A stretch of DNA of 64,000 bases from an uncultured Gemmatimonadales bacterium. GTDB taxonomy: Bacteria; Gemmatimonadota; Gemmatimonadetes; Palauibacterales; Palauibacteraceae. Positions 21,451 through 31,694 of this stretch are shown here, piece by piece. The notes beneath the pieces were generated by a model, which saw only the letters and a program-made list of their open reading frames with translations, was not told the DNA's origin and ran no database searches. Each line of letters begins with the position of its first letter. Position 1 is the first letter of the stretch. Both the position numbers and the translations under genes were made by a program. The stretch covers positions 672,001 through 736,000 of the forward strand of contig CAWANJ010000009.1 of assembly GCA_963783385.1 (NCBI GenBank), in the 5' to 3' direction.

Positions 21451-23043
21451 CGTGCCCGCCCAGTTCGGTTTCACGAACTCACGCGCCCGACGCGCCGCCG
21501 CACGCTGTTCCTCGTGGCCGGCACGCTCGCGGCGCTGCGGGTCGCTCCGGCCGCCGCCCAGAACGTCACGGCCCGCACGGTCACCGCCCAGATCCCGAAG
21601 CATGGCGAGCTGTGGATCGAGGTGGCGCCGGTCTTCCAGGGGTGGGACGAGCACTTCGGCGCCCACGGCGGCCGGGTGCCCCTCGCCGACGCCTACGACG
21701 GGCCTCTCGCCTCCCGGCTGTTCCCCGGTCCCGAGGCCGTGGCCGCCGATCTCAACGTCGATGCGTCGGCGCTCGGCTACACGGACGTGGCCGCCGACCA
21801 GGCCTCGCTCGGCACGCTCCACATGGGAGAGCTGAACCGGGAGATGCGGGTGATTCTCCTCCGGCTGGAGGTCGGCTTCCTGGACCGCTTCTCGATCGAG
21901 GCCTCGCTGCCGGTCGTGTGGACCAAGGCCGAGCCCTTCTTCGGGTTCGACTCGGCCGGCGCCACCGTGCTCTCGGGCTCGAACGCCATCCAGAACCCCG
22001 TCCAGTTCTTCGGCGGCCTCGGCGGCGCCCGCGACACGCTGGCCGCCCGGCTCCAGGCCGGAAGCATCCCCGGTAGCCAGCAGGCCCAGGCGCAGGCGCT
22101 CATCGCGACCTCGACGGCGTTCCTGGAGGCCATCCAGCGGCGGATCATCACGGGCGATCTCCTGCCACTGGCCACCACGACCGCCGGACAGCAGCTCCTG
22201 GCCTACTACGCGAGCCTCCAGCAGCAGTTCGGCTCGTTCGGCCTCCAGTCTCCTGACTTGAGCCTGCCGGACGTGGCCACGTCGGCCGACCTGCACGGCT
22301 GGTTCGGCGGCGCCTTTCTCCAGGGGGAGCCGCTGGGGGCGACGGTCCGCAGCTGGACCGCCGGCGAGATCGAGGTCGGCGCCCGGTTCTCCCTGCTGGA
22401 CGGCTACCGGCCCGACTCCCTCGCGGGAGGAATCGAGCTCCGCACCACGGCCGGGCTTCTCACGCGGCTGGCGCTTCGGGGCTCCGGATCCCTGCCTTAC
22501 CAGGTCCCGGGCGACTTCGTGGGCGTCCCGGTCGGCGACGGGCAGCGCGACGTGGCCCTCAGCCTGTACCAGGACGTCCGGATCGGGCACGCCTTCGAGC
22601 TGAACGCCGCGGCGACCTACGGCGTGCAGATGGCCGACCAGCTCGAGCTTCGGCTCCACCCGCCGGGCCAACCCTTCGCCACGCCGGGCACGGCGGTGCA
22701 GGTGGACCGGAACCTGGGCGACTACATCCGGCTCCGGCTCGCCCCCCACTTCGCCCTGGATCCGCACGTCATGGTGGGCGTCGAGTACCGCTACTGGCAC
22801 AAGGCGGCCGACCACTACCGGCTGACAGGCGGCGGAACGAACGGGGCCGCGGCCATCCTCGCGACTCTATCGGCACAGACCCGGCACCGCCTGGGGGTGG
22901 CGGCCACCTACCGGCCCGGGGGCGCCGAATCGGGGGCCGAACTCGGCTTCGTCTACCAGGTCGCCATCGGCGGCAAAGGGGTGACGACGCCGGTGGCCGA
23001 CCTGGCCACCTTCCACATCCGGGTGCCCGCCCACATCTTCTAG
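21451..23043 (+). CDS. hypothetical secreted/outer-membrane protein; start uncertain
   Basis: Long ORF with signal-like RRRTLFLVAGTLAALRVAPAAAQ, amphipathic strand-like segments, terminal Phe. Confidence 0.7.
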   Translation, partial: RARPVRFHELTRPTRRRTLFLVAGTLAALRVAPAAAQNVTARTVTAQIPKHGELWIEVAPVFQGWDEHFGAHGGRVPLADAYDGPLASRLFPGPEAVAADLNVDASALGYTDVAADQASLGTLHMGELNREMRVILLRLEVGFLDRFSIEASLPVVWTKAEPFFGFDSAGATVLSGSNAIQNPVQFFGGLGGARDTLAARLQAGSIPGSQQAQAQALIATSTAFLEAIQRRIITGDLLPLATTTAGQQLLAYYASLQQQFGSFGLQSPDLSLPDVATSADLHGWFGGAFLQGEPLGATVRSWTAGEIEVGARFSLLDGYRPDSLAGGIELRTTAGLLTRLALRGSGSLPYQVPGDFVGVPVGDGQRDVALSLYQDVRIGHAFELNAAATYGVQMADQLELRLHPPGQPFATPGTAVQVDRNLGDYIRLRLAPHFALDPHVMVGVEYRYWHKAADHYRLTGGGTNGAAAILATLSAQTRHRLGVAATYRPGGAESGAELGFVYQVAIGGKGVTTPVADLATFHIRVPAHIF

Positions 23044-24701
23044 GCTACGCCGAGCAGCTCCCGGGCGTGACGCCGGGCCACGCCGCTCTCCGGATCGCCG
23101 CCCAGCATGCGTGCCAGCTCCTCGATGCGCTCCTCGCCCTCCAACCGCCGGACGCGGGTGGCGGCCTTGCCGGCCACCGATCCCTTCTCGACCCGCACGT
23201 GAGCGTCGGCCCGGGCCGCGATCTGCGGCAGGTGGGTGATCACGAACACCTGGTGCTCGCGGGCCACCGCCGCCAGCCGCTCGGCGACCCGGTGTGCCAC
23301 CTCGCCTCCGACCCCGGCGTCGATCTCGTCGAACACCAGCGTGGGAATCCGATCGCCTCGCACGAGGACCGTCTTGAGCGCGAGCATCAGGCGGCTGAGC
23401 TCGCCCCCGGAGGCGATCCGATCCAGGGGTCCCGGGTCGAACCCCGGGTTCAGCGACACGAGGAACTCGACGTCCTCCGCACCGGCCGGCCCGGGCTCCG
23501 CGCGCGGCTCGAACGCCACGCGGAAGACGCCACCCTCCATCCCGAGCTCGGCGAGGAGAGGCGCCACGGCCTCCTCCAGCCGGGCCGCTCCCTCGAGACG
23601 TCGCTTCGTGAGCCCTTCGGCCCGCCGCCGCCGCTCCCCACCGAGCTCCCGCTCCCGGCCCTCCAGCTCCCTCAGTCGCTCATCGGAGCTCTCGAGCGCG
23701 TCCAGTTCCGCCCGGGCGGCACGCCCCTGCTCGATCACGTCCTCGACGGTGTCCCCATACTTGCGGACGAGGCGGAAGACGAGGTCGAGGCGAGAGCGCA
23801 CCCGCTCGAGCCGGGCCGGATCGTGGTCCACGGAGTCCCGGTAGCGGGCCAGCTCGCGCCCCAGCTCCTCCACGGAGGCCAGCCCCGAGTCCAGGAGCGC
23901 CTCCATGGGGGCGGCGTCCGGGTCGATCCGGAGCAGCTCCCTGAGCGGGCGGCGCAGCTGGCCCAGCCGGTCGACCACCGAGGCCTCGTCCTCGTACACG
24001 GACTCGTGCAGCCCTCCGGACAGCTCGAGGAGCTCCTCGGAGTGCTCCAACCGGCGGGCTTCACCCCGCAGTGCCTCCTCCTCGCCGCTCTCGAGCCGCG
24101 CCTTCTCGATCTCCTCGGTCTTAAATCGCAGCCAGTCGGCGCGCTCCGCCGCCTCCCGGGCTCGCGTGCGCACCTCCTCCGCCTCGGATCGCACGTCCGA
24201 CAGGGCCCGGTGCGCTTCTCCCACCGCGGTGACCGCATCCTCGGCACCCGCGAAGGCATCGAGCAGGTGCCGCTGCTCCGCCCGGCGCAGGAGCCTCTGG
24301 TGCTCATGCTGGCCGTGCAGCTCCACCAGGGAAGCGCCCAGCTCCCAGATGAGGCTGGCGGTGACGGGCGAGCCGTTGGCCCAGGCGCGGTTCCGTCCCT
24401 CTCGCTGGACCTCGCGCCGGAGGATTAGCCACCCGTCCTCGACCTCGATCCCGGCGTCGGAGCAGCGTTCGAGCACCTCGGGACGGCCGCTGACGTCGAA
24501 AGCCGCCTCGACCCGCGCCCGCTCCTCTCCGGACCGCACGTCCTCCGAGGAAGCCCGCTCGCCCAGGAGGAGGGAGAGCGCACCCACGATGAGGGACTTC
24601 CCCGCCCCCGTCTCCCCGGTCAGGGCCGTGAGGCCGGGCCCCAGCTCGAGGGTCAGGTCGTCGATGACCGCGTAGTTCTGGACGCGGAGCTCTCTCAGCA
24701 C
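23040..24701 (-). CDS. recN: DNA repair protein RecN
   Basis: LTGETGAGKS, LHGQHEHQ, ASGGELSR, FDEIDAGVGG, ITHLPQIA. Confidence 0.97.
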   Translation of the reverse strand: MLRELRVQNYAVIDDLTLELGPGLTALTGETGAGKSLIVGALSLLLGERASSEDVRSGEERARVEAAFDVSGRPEVLERCSDAGIEVEDGWLILRREVQREGRNRAWANGSPVTASLIWELGASLVELHGQHEHQRLLRRAEQRHLLDAFAGAEDAVTAVGEAHRALSDVRSEAEEVRTRAREAAERADWLRFKTEEIEKARLESGEEEALRGEARRLEHSEELLELSGGLHESVYEDEASVVDRLGQLRRPLRELLRIDPDAAPMEALLDSGLASVEELGRELARYRDSVDHDPARLERVRSRLDLVFRLVRKYGDTVEDVIEQGRAARAELDALESSDERLRELEGRERELGGERRRRAEGLTKRRLEGAARLEEAVAPLLAELGMEGGVFRVAFEPRAEPGPAGAEDVEFLVSLNPGFDPGPLDRIASGGELSRLMLALKTVLVRGDRIPTLVFDEIDAGVGGEVAHRVAERLAAVAREHQVFVITHLPQIAARADAHVRVEKGSVAGKAATRVRRLEGEERIEELARMLGGDPESGVARRHARELLGVA

Positions 24702-24767
24702 GTCTTCACCCGGAATTGTGGTGGGCGCCCCCGGCACCCGACGCTGTCACGCGACTTCAACGCGGTC

Positions 24768-25661
24768 TCAGCGATCCCGCGGTCGTACATCGCCCCAGCG
24801 CAGCTTCCGCCGGAGCACCGAGAAGAAGCTCTGGCCCGGGAAGCGGATGAGTCGGACCGGCCGCTCGGAGCGGCCCGCCTCGACCCGGTCGCCGACCTCG
24901 AGGTCGCTGCCCACCTGCCCGTCTACCGTGACGATCGTCTCGGCGCTGTGCGGGCACACCTCGATCGTCACCCGGCCATCGGCCGGGATCACCACCGGCC
25001 GAACCGCGAGCGTGTGCGGGGAGATCGGGGTGGCCACCAGGGCGTCCAGCGTCGGGACCAGGACCGGCCCCCCGGCCGACAGGCTGTAGGCGGTCGAGCC
25101 CGTGGGGGTCGACACGATGATCCCGTCGGCGCTGTACTGGGCGACCTCCTCGCCGTCCGACCACAGCCGCAGCGTGATGAGCCGCGCGAACCCGCTCTTG
25201 TGGACGACCACGTCGTTGAGCGCGTAGTAGCCCGGCGGGCCCGACTCGCTCCCGGAGCGCACCACGGTCACGTCCAGGGCCAGCCGCTCCTCGATCTCGT
25301 ACTCGCCGGCCACGAGGCGGCCGAGCATGCGCTCGAGGCTCTCCGAGGGACCGGCGGTCATGAAACCCAGCCGGCCCAGGTTGCACCCCACGACCGGCAC
25401 CTCGCGCGGTCCCGCCCGCCGGGCGCCGCTGAGCAGCGTCCCGTCGCCGCCCAGCGTGAGGAGCACGTCCAGCCCCTCCCAGGCGTCCTCGAGGTTGGCC
25501 ACCCCCTCCACGCCGAGCTCCTCCCGAGCGATTCGCGCCGTCTCCTCCCCCAGGGCCACCTCGGCGCCGAGATCGTCGGCGCTCCGGAGCAGCCGCTCGA
25601 GGACCTCGGTCATCTCCCGGTGCTCGGCGTTGCCGAGCACGCCCAACCTGAAACCGCTCAT
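24768..25661 (-). CDS. nadK: NAD(+) kinase
   Basis: LGGDGTLL, NLGRLGFM, ALNDVV, ADGIIVSTPTGSTAYSLSAGGP. Confidence 0.96.
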   Translation of the reverse strand: MSGFRLGVLGNAEHREMTEVLERLLRSADDLGAEVALGEETARIAREELGVEGVANLEDAWEGLDVLLTLGGDGTLLSGARRAGPREVPVVGCNLGRLGFMTAGPSESLERMLGRLVAGEYEIEERLALDVTVVRSGSESGPPGYYALNDVVVHKSGFARLITLRLWSDGEEVAQYSADGIIVSTPTGSTAYSLSAGGPVLVPTLDALVATPISPHTLAVRPVVIPADGRVTIEVCPHSAETIVTVDGQVGSDLEVGDRVEAGRSERPVRLIRFPGQSFFSVLRRKLRWGDVRPRDR

Positions 25662-26602
25662 CGGCGTCGCTCCACCACGAGCTCCGCCAGGAGCTCCAGC
25701 TCGCGGGTGTCCTCGAGGCCGGCCAGCTCCCGCCGCGCCACGCCGGCCAGCTCGCGGCTCACCTGCTCGGACGCCTCCAGCCCGAGCACGGACGGGTAGG
25801 TGGCCTTGCCGAGCGCCACGTCCCTGCCGCTCGTCTTGCCGATCTCCGCCTCTTCGCCCGTGACGTCCAGGATGTCGTCGACCGCCTGGAAGGCGAGCCC
25901 GAGGGCTACCCCGAACCGCCCCAGTCGCTCGACGACCTTTTCGGGCGCGCGGGCCGCGACCGCTCCCATGCGCACCGATGCCGCCATGAGGGCGGCCGTC
26001 TTGCCGCGATGGATCCGCTCGAGCTCCTCCCGGGTGGTGGCGCGGCCCTCCGCCCGCAGGTCGAGGAGCTGGCCGCCCACCATACCCCCCGCCCCCGCCG
26101 CGTCCGCCAGGATCGAGAGGAGGCGGCGGGCGCGGATGGGCTCGAGGCCCAGCGCCCCGGCGGCCCGCCACACGGTTCGGGCGGCCATCGGCATGAGCCC
26201 GGCCCCGGCGAGGACGGCCGCCGGGGTACCGAAGCGAACGTGCACCGTGGGCCGGCCGCGGCGTAGCACGTCGTCGTCCATGCAGGGGAGATCGTCGTGC
26301 ACCAGGGAGTAGGCGTGGACGAGCTCCACGCTGCAGGCCAGAGCGGCCGCCGGATCGCCTTCGGTCGGCGCTGCTGCCGCCTCCCCACCCGCGGCGCGCC
26401 ACGCCGCCAGGAGCAGCAGCGGGCGGAGCCGTTTGCCGGGGCCGAGAACGGCATACCGCACCGGGCTGGCCACGGCGTCGGAAACGCCCCTCAGCTCGCG
26501 GTCGAGCACCACGGGAAGCGCCGCCGCCACGCGCGCGCCCAGCGCCGTGAGCTCGGGGCCGGGGCGCCGCGTGCCCAGGGCCTCAGTCACCGCCATCGCC
26601 AT
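25658..26602 (-). CDS. ispA: polyprenyl diphosphate synthase
   Basis: GKRLRPLL, SLVHDDLPCMDDDVLRRG, GQLLDL, KTAAL, FQAVDDILD. Confidence 0.93.
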   Translation of the reverse strand: MAMAVTEALGTRRPGPELTALGARVAAALPVVLDRELRGVSDAVASPVRYAVLGPGKRLRPLLLLAAWRAAGGEAAAAPTEGDPAAALACSVELVHAYSLVHDDLPCMDDDVLRRGRPTVHVRFGTPAAVLAGAGLMPMAARTVWRAAGALGLEPIRARRLLSILADAAGAGGMVGGQLLDLRAEGRATTREELERIHRGKTAALMAASVRMGAVAARAPEKVVERLGRFGVALGLAFQAVDDILDVTGEEAEIGKTSGRDVALGKATYPSVLGLEASEQVSRELAGVARRELAGLEDTRELELLAELVVERRR

Positions 26603-26855
26603 CGGCGGCCTCTCCCGCCGGGAGGTCGAAGTCCACGGTGGCCAGCTCCCCCGATGCATTCTCGATGAGCTCCTCCACCACGCCGCGGGCGTCGTCCAGG
26701 AGGCGGCTGGCCGTGCGCAGGTGGGAGACGCCCGTCTCGAACATCTCGAGGGCCTCGTCCAGCGACAGCTCCTCGCGGTCGAGCCGCGCCACGATGCGCT
26801 CCAGCTCTTCCAGCGCCGCCTCGAACTCCGACGTGCGCGACGGCTCCTCAGCCAC
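26583..26855 (-). CDS. xseB: exodeoxyribonuclease VII small subunit
   Basis: FEAALEELERIVARLD..LDEALEMFETG; between xseA and ispA. Confidence 0.93.
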   Translation of the reverse strand: MAEEPSRTSEFEAALEELERIVARLDREELSLDEALEMFETGVSHLRTASRLLDDARGVVEELIENASGELATVDFDLPAGEAADGDGGD

Positions 26856-28270
26856 CCGTCTCCTCCTCCGTCATCGTTTCGGTCCCCTCCACGGTGCACG
26901 CGACCCGGCCATCCACGACCCGGAGCCGGAAGCGGTCCCCCTGCCGGAAATCCGCCAGGCGGCGCAGCACCCGCCCGTCGCCGGCCAGTGGCACGGCGTA
27001 CCCGCGGCGCAGGGTGCCGAGCGGACTCAGGGCATCCAGCCGCCCCCCGAGTCCCTCGAGCCGACCCGCCAGCCGTTCCAGCCTGCGGTCCATCCCGCCC
27101 AGGAGGCGGTCGGCGGCCCGCCGCGCCCGCTCCTCGCCCCGGACCGTACGCTGGCGGAGGCCCGACACCAGCCGGTCGCCGAGCTTGCGCAGGTCGGCGC
27201 GCAGGACCCGGCCGTCCGGGACCACCAGCTCGCCCGCCGCCGAGGGGGTCGGGGCGCGCACGTCGGCCACCAGGTCGGTGATCGTGACGTCGATCTCGTG
27301 CCCCACCGCGGAGATCACCGGGACGGGACAGGCCGCCACCGCCCTGGCCACGGCCTCCTCGTTGAAGCACCACAGGTCTTCGACCGACCCACCGCCGCGC
27401 GTGACCACGATGACCTCGACCCGACCGTCCCGCACGAGGCGGTCCAGGGCCCGGACGATCTCGCCGGCGGCCTCCTCGCCCTGCACCCGGCAGTCCGACA
27501 CCAGGAGCTCCGTCCACGGCGCCCGCCGGCGAACGACCGTGATCACGTCGCGCAGCGCGGCTCCCGTGCGGGAGGTGACCACGCCCACCCGGAGCGGCAC
27601 GCGCGGCAGGGGCCGCTTTCGCGCCTCCTCGAGGAGCCCTTCGGCGGCCAGCTTCCGCTTGAGGCGTTCGAAAGCGAGGCGCCACAGCCCCTCACCGCGC
27701 GCCTCCAGCTTGCGCACGATGAGCTGATAAGAGCCCCGCGCCTCGTACAGCGACACCTCGCCGAAGCCGAGGACCTCCATCCCTTCCTCGGGGTCGGTCG
27801 GCAGGCGGCGGGCGTCACTCCGCCACAGGACGCAGGAGATCTGGGCCTCCTCGTCACGGAGGCTGAAATAGCAGTGGCCCGAGCTCACCCGCCGCCAGTT
27901 GGCCACCTCGCCCACGACCCACAGGGACGGAAAGCTCTCCTCCAGGATCCGCCGCGCGGCCGCATTGAGGGCCGAGACCGAGACCGGCGACTGGCGCGAC
28001 GAGCCGGGCGGACCGGGAAGCTCCGGGGACGTGGGGGTCCGGTCGGGTCCGGGGGTCTCGGCGGATCCGGTCGGGGGATGCGCCCCAGCTCGGACCCGAC
28101 GCCTCCGCAGTCTCCGTGCCCGCGGGCCGCTCGGCAGGGTCGGCTGCATCCGCGCCCGGGCCGTTCGTCGCCCGAGCTCCGGCCTCCGCCTCCTCCGGCG
28201 ACCCGCCGAACAGCGAGATCTGCGTCTCGGTCCCCTCTCCCGTGGACCGGGACTCGCGGTCCGCCGTCAC
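26848..28270 (-). CDS. xseA: exodeoxyribonuclease VII large subunit with N-terminal extension (frameshift ~28090)
   Basis: WVVGEVAN, SGHCYFSLRD, RGGGSVEDLWCFNEE, SAVGHEID, RAPTPSAA; GTG 28270 overlaps the folD stop. Confidence 0.93.
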
Positions 28271-29187
28271 GCGCCCCCGGCCGGCGACGCCGCCCCGACG
28301 GTGCGGCCCGCGGCCCGGCGGGCCGCCGTCAGCGTGTTCTTGAGGAGCATGGCGATGGTCATCGGCCCGACGCCCCCGGGGACCGGCGTGATCCAGCCCG
28401 CCCTCGTCCGCACCTCGTCGAACGCCACGTCCCCGACCAGGCGGTAGCCCTTATCGGCCGAGGAATCCTCCACCCGGTTCACGCCCACGTCGATGACCAC
28501 GGCACCCTCGCGCACCATGTCCGCCGTGATGAGCTCCGGGCGTCCCACGGCGGCCACCAGGAGCTCGGCCTCGCGGGCGACCGCGGCCAGGTCCCGGGTG
28601 CGGCTGTGGGCGATCGTCACCGTCGCGTTGGCGAACGGCTCGCGTTGGAGGAGGATGGAGGCCAGCGGCCGGCCCACCAGGTTCGAGCGTCCCACGATCA
28701 CGGCACGCCGTCCCTCCGGGTCGAAGCCGATGCGCCGCAGCAGCTCCTGCACGCCGGCCGGCGTGCAGGGTCGGATGGCGGCGGGGTCCCCGAGGGCCAG
28801 GCGGCCCACGTTCACGGGATGGAGTCCATCCACGTCCTTCTCGGGCCGCACCCGCTCCACGATCGCCTTCTCGTCCAGGCCCTCGGGCAGCGGGAGCTGC
28901 ACGAGGATCCCGTGGACGTCCGGGTCGGCGTTGAGCTCGTCCACCACCACCTCGAGCTCGGCCTGGCGCGTGTCGGCGGGCAGCTTGATGTCGCGGGCCT
29001 CGATGCCCGCCTCCTCGCAGGCGCGCGTCTTCATGCGCACGTACACCTGGGAGGCGGGGTCCTCTCCCACCAGCACCACGGCCAGTCCGGGCCGCGTTCC
29101 GGTCGCCGTCAGCTCCGCCGTCCCCTCGGCCACCTCCCGCCGCACGTCCCGCGCGACGGCCCTGCCGTCGATCAGCTCTGCCGTCAT
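28267..29187 (-). CDS. folD: methylenetetrahydrofolate dehydrogenase/cyclohydrolase
   Basis: GILVQLPLP, KDVDGLHP, PCTPAG, GRSNLVGRP, TPVPGGVGPMT. Confidence 0.98.
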   Translation of the reverse strand: MTAELIDGRAVARDVRREVAEGTAELTATGTRPGLAVVLVGEDPASQVYVRMKTRACEEAGIEARDIKLPADTRQAELEVVVDELNADPDVHGILVQLPLPEGLDEKAIVERVRPEKDVDGLHPVNVGRLALGDPAAIRPCTPAGVQELLRRIGFDPEGRRAVIVGRSNLVGRPLASILLQREPFANATVTIAHSRTRDLAAVAREAELLVAAVGRPELITADMVREGAVVIDVGVNRVEDSSADKGYRLVGDVAFDEVRTRAGWITPVPGGVGPMTIAMLLKNTLTAARRAAGRTVGAASPAGGA

Positions 29188-29200
29188 CTCTCCCCTGTCT

Positions 29201-30763
29201 CTATCGGGCGAAGTCGACCGCCCGCGTCTCGCGGACGACGACCACCTTGATCTGCCCCGGATACTGGAGCTCCTCCTCGATGGTGCGCGCCGTCTTCTCC
29301 GACAGCTCCGCCATCTCCTCGTCGGTGATCCGGTCGGGCATGACCATGACGCGGATCTCGCGGCCGGCCTGGATCGCGTACACCTTCTCCACCCCCTCGA
29401 AGGAGGCCGCGATCGCCTCCAGCTTCTCTAGCCGCTTCACGTAGTGCTCGAAGGACTCCCGACGGGCGCCCGGTCGCGCGCCCGAGATCGCGTCGGCCGC
29501 CGTGACCAGGAAGCTCTCCGGGTAGCGGGCCGGCTCCTCGTCGTGGTGGGCGCGGATGGCGTTCAGGACCTGGTCCGGCTCCCCGTAGCGCCTGGCCACC
29601 TCGTAGCCCAGCTCGACGTGGCTCCCCTCCTGCTCGTGGCTGAGCGCCTTGCCGATGTCGTGCAGGAGACCCATGCGCTTGGTCATCTGCATGTCCAGGC
29701 CGAGCTCGGCCGCCATGTTGGCGGCCAGCAGCGCCACCTCCCGGGCGTGCTGCAGCTGGTTCTGGCCGTAGCTGGTCCGGTAGCGCAGGTGCCCGAGCAG
29801 GTCCACGAGGTGCGGGTTCACGTCGTGGATGCCGAGCTCGTAGAGGACCTCCTCGGCGGCCTCCCGCATGGAGTCGTCGACGTCGCCCTTCGCCTTCTCC
29901 GCCACCTCCTCGATGCGGCCGGGGTGAATGCGTCCGTCGGCCACCAGGCGCTCCATGGCCAGGCGGGCGATCTCCCGCCGGATCGGGTCGAAGGAGGAGA
30001 GGATCACGGCCTCGGGCGTGTCGTCCACGACCACGTCCACGCCGGTGATGGCCTCGAAGGCCCGGATGTTCCGGCCCTCGCGGCCGATGATGCGGCCCTT
30101 CATGTCGTCGCTGGGGAGGGCGACGACGCTCACGGTGGTCTCCGAGGAGTGGTCCACGGCGAGCTTCTCGATGGCCATCGAGATGATCTTACGGGCCTCG
30201 CGCTCCGCGTCCCGGCGAGCCCCCTCCCTGAGCTCGCGCACGTGCTGTGCGGCTTCGGCGCGGGCCTCGTCCTCCAGGCGGGAGATCAGCATCGTGCGGG
30301 CTTCCTCGGCCGTCAGCCCGGCCAGGGCCTCCAGGCGTTTCTGGGCCTCGGACTCGCGGTTCTCCACGGAGCTGGCCCGGGTCTCCAGGGCTTCCTCGCG
30401 CTCCTCGAGCTTCTGGAGGCGCTCCTCCTGGCGCGTCTGGCGCTCGTCGAGGAGCTCGAGCTTGCGCTCGAGCATGCGCTCGCGCTCGTCGAGCCGGTTC
30501 TCGGCCCGCTCCAGCTCGCCGCGCCGGTCACGGGCCTCCGCCTCGAGCCCCTCCTTGAGCCGGTAGATCTCCTCGCGGCCGGCCAGCTCGGCCTCACGGC
30601 GGATGCTGGTGGCCTCCCGGGTCGCGGCCTCGACCAGGTCCTTCGCCTCGTCTTCGGCCGCGCCACGACGGCGCCGGGCGAGTCCGCCCGCCCACAGGCG
30701 GCCCAGGATCAGCCCGGCGACGAGCGCGGCCACCAGGATGAGGAGGATCCACTGGACGCTCAT
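29201..30763 (-). CDS. rny: ribonuclease Y
   Basis: N-terminal TM + coiled coil, KH MKGRIIGREGRNIR, HD LLHDIGKA. Confidence 0.97.
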   Translation of the reverse strand: MSVQWILLILVAALVAGLILGRLWAGGLARRRRGAAEDEAKDLVEAATREATSIRREAELAGREEIYRLKEGLEAEARDRRGELERAENRLDERERMLERKLELLDERQTRQEERLQKLEEREEALETRASSVENRESEAQKRLEALAGLTAEEARTMLISRLEDEARAEAAQHVRELREGARRDAEREARKIISMAIEKLAVDHSSETTVSVVALPSDDMKGRIIGREGRNIRAFEAITGVDVVVDDTPEAVILSSFDPIRREIARLAMERLVADGRIHPGRIEEVAEKAKGDVDDSMREAAEEVLYELGIHDVNPHLVDLLGHLRYRTSYGQNQLQHAREVALLAANMAAELGLDMQMTKRMGLLHDIGKALSHEQEGSHVELGYEVARRYGEPDQVLNAIRAHHDEEPARYPESFLVTAADAISGARPGARRESFEHYVKRLEKLEAIAASFEGVEKVYAIQAGREIRVMVMPDRITDEEMAELSEKTARTIEEELQYPGQIKVVVVRETRAVDFAR

Positions 30764-30822
30764 AGCGCGGTTCCCCGAATCTATGAAAAAGACGGCCGCT
30801 TGCCGGTCTCCGGCTTCCCTCG

Positions 30823-30982
30823 TGATGCTGCGGCTCGATCCCGGATACGAAAACAGCCGGCGGAATCGATGACCCCGCCGGCCGTGGTCTCGCGCATGGT
30901 GTCGCCAGCCGTCGTACCGTGGCGATCTATAGTGTCTGGATCCCGCGAGGGTCCCTGCCGCGCCGGCGAAGCCGCATCATCA
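30823..30982 (-). ncRNA. ssrS: 6S RNA (SsrS); ends approximate
   Basis: Between zapA and rny; 5' TGATGATGCGGCTTCG pairs with 3' CGAGCCGCAGCATCA, closing a ~160-nt rod with an internal bubble region. Confidence 0.72.
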
Positions 30983-31038
30983 ACCTTCAAGTTGCCTGCG
31001 GCGCGGGCCCCCCGCAAGCGCACCGGAACGGCGCGGGT

Positions 31039-31338
31039 TCAGCCCTCCAGCGCCTCCTCGATCCGGCTCCGGAGCTCGGAGGCGCGGGCCGCGGTGCGCG
31101 CATCCTGCCGCCGCGTGTGGTAGCGCAGACGGAAGAGCTCATCGGTGATCTCGAGCGCGGCCAGGATGGCGGCACGGTGCGGCTCGGAGACCCGGCTCTG
31201 GAGGTGGGCCTCCCGGATGGCCTCGTCCACGTACCGCGCGCAGGCCCTGGTGTACTCCTCGTCGGCCTCGGACCGGAGCGTATACTCGTCGCCGAAGATC
31301 TCGACCCTGACCGAGCTCTTGGCCGCCTCGTCGCTCAT
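31039..31338 (-). CDS. zapA: cell division protein ZapA
   Basis: VRVEIFGDEYTL..ARYVDEAI..AILAALEITDELF. Confidence 0.92.
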   Translation of the reverse strand: MSDEAAKSSVRVEIFGDEYTLRSEADEEYTRACARYVDEAIREAHLQSRVSEPHRAAILAALEITDELFRLRYHTRRQDARTAARASELRSRIEEALEG

Positions 31339-31694
31339 GCCTCGTCCTCCATGAGGATGAGACGGCTCCGGATCCGCTGCGCGCGCTCGCGGCTCTCCTC
31401 GATCACCTGCCGCAGGCTACGGTTTTCGTCGGCTATCTCCTGGAGGCGAACCGCGATCTCTTCCGCGGCCATGCCCTCCAGGTCGGCGCCCTCCAGCGCA
31501 TCGGCCAGGCTGCGCTCGGTCGACTCGGCCCGTTCGGCCCGGGCCCGGAGCTCCACGTACGCCTCCAGCAGCCGCTCGACGGCCGCGCCGAGGCTGTGCA
31601 GCTCGGATTCGGGGTCGGGTCGACCCTCCCTGCGGCGCTCGGCCGCGGGGGGCGCGGGAGCCGTCTCCGGTTCAGGCCGATCGGACGCGGGCAT
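31335..31694 (-). CDS. coiled-coil protein, ZapB-like
   Basis: Heptad-rich ORF between pheT and zapA with overlapping start/stop codons. Confidence 0.65.
   Translation of the reverse strand: MPASDRPEPETAPAPPAAERRREGRPDPESELHSLGAAVERLLEAYVELRARAERAESTERSLADALEGADLEGMAAEEIAVRLQEIADENRSLRQVIEESRERAQRIRSRLILMEDEA

Noticed and set aside
30781-31023. 80-aa ORF between zapA and rny
   Set aside because: Overlaps the 6S-like structure and has no protein features
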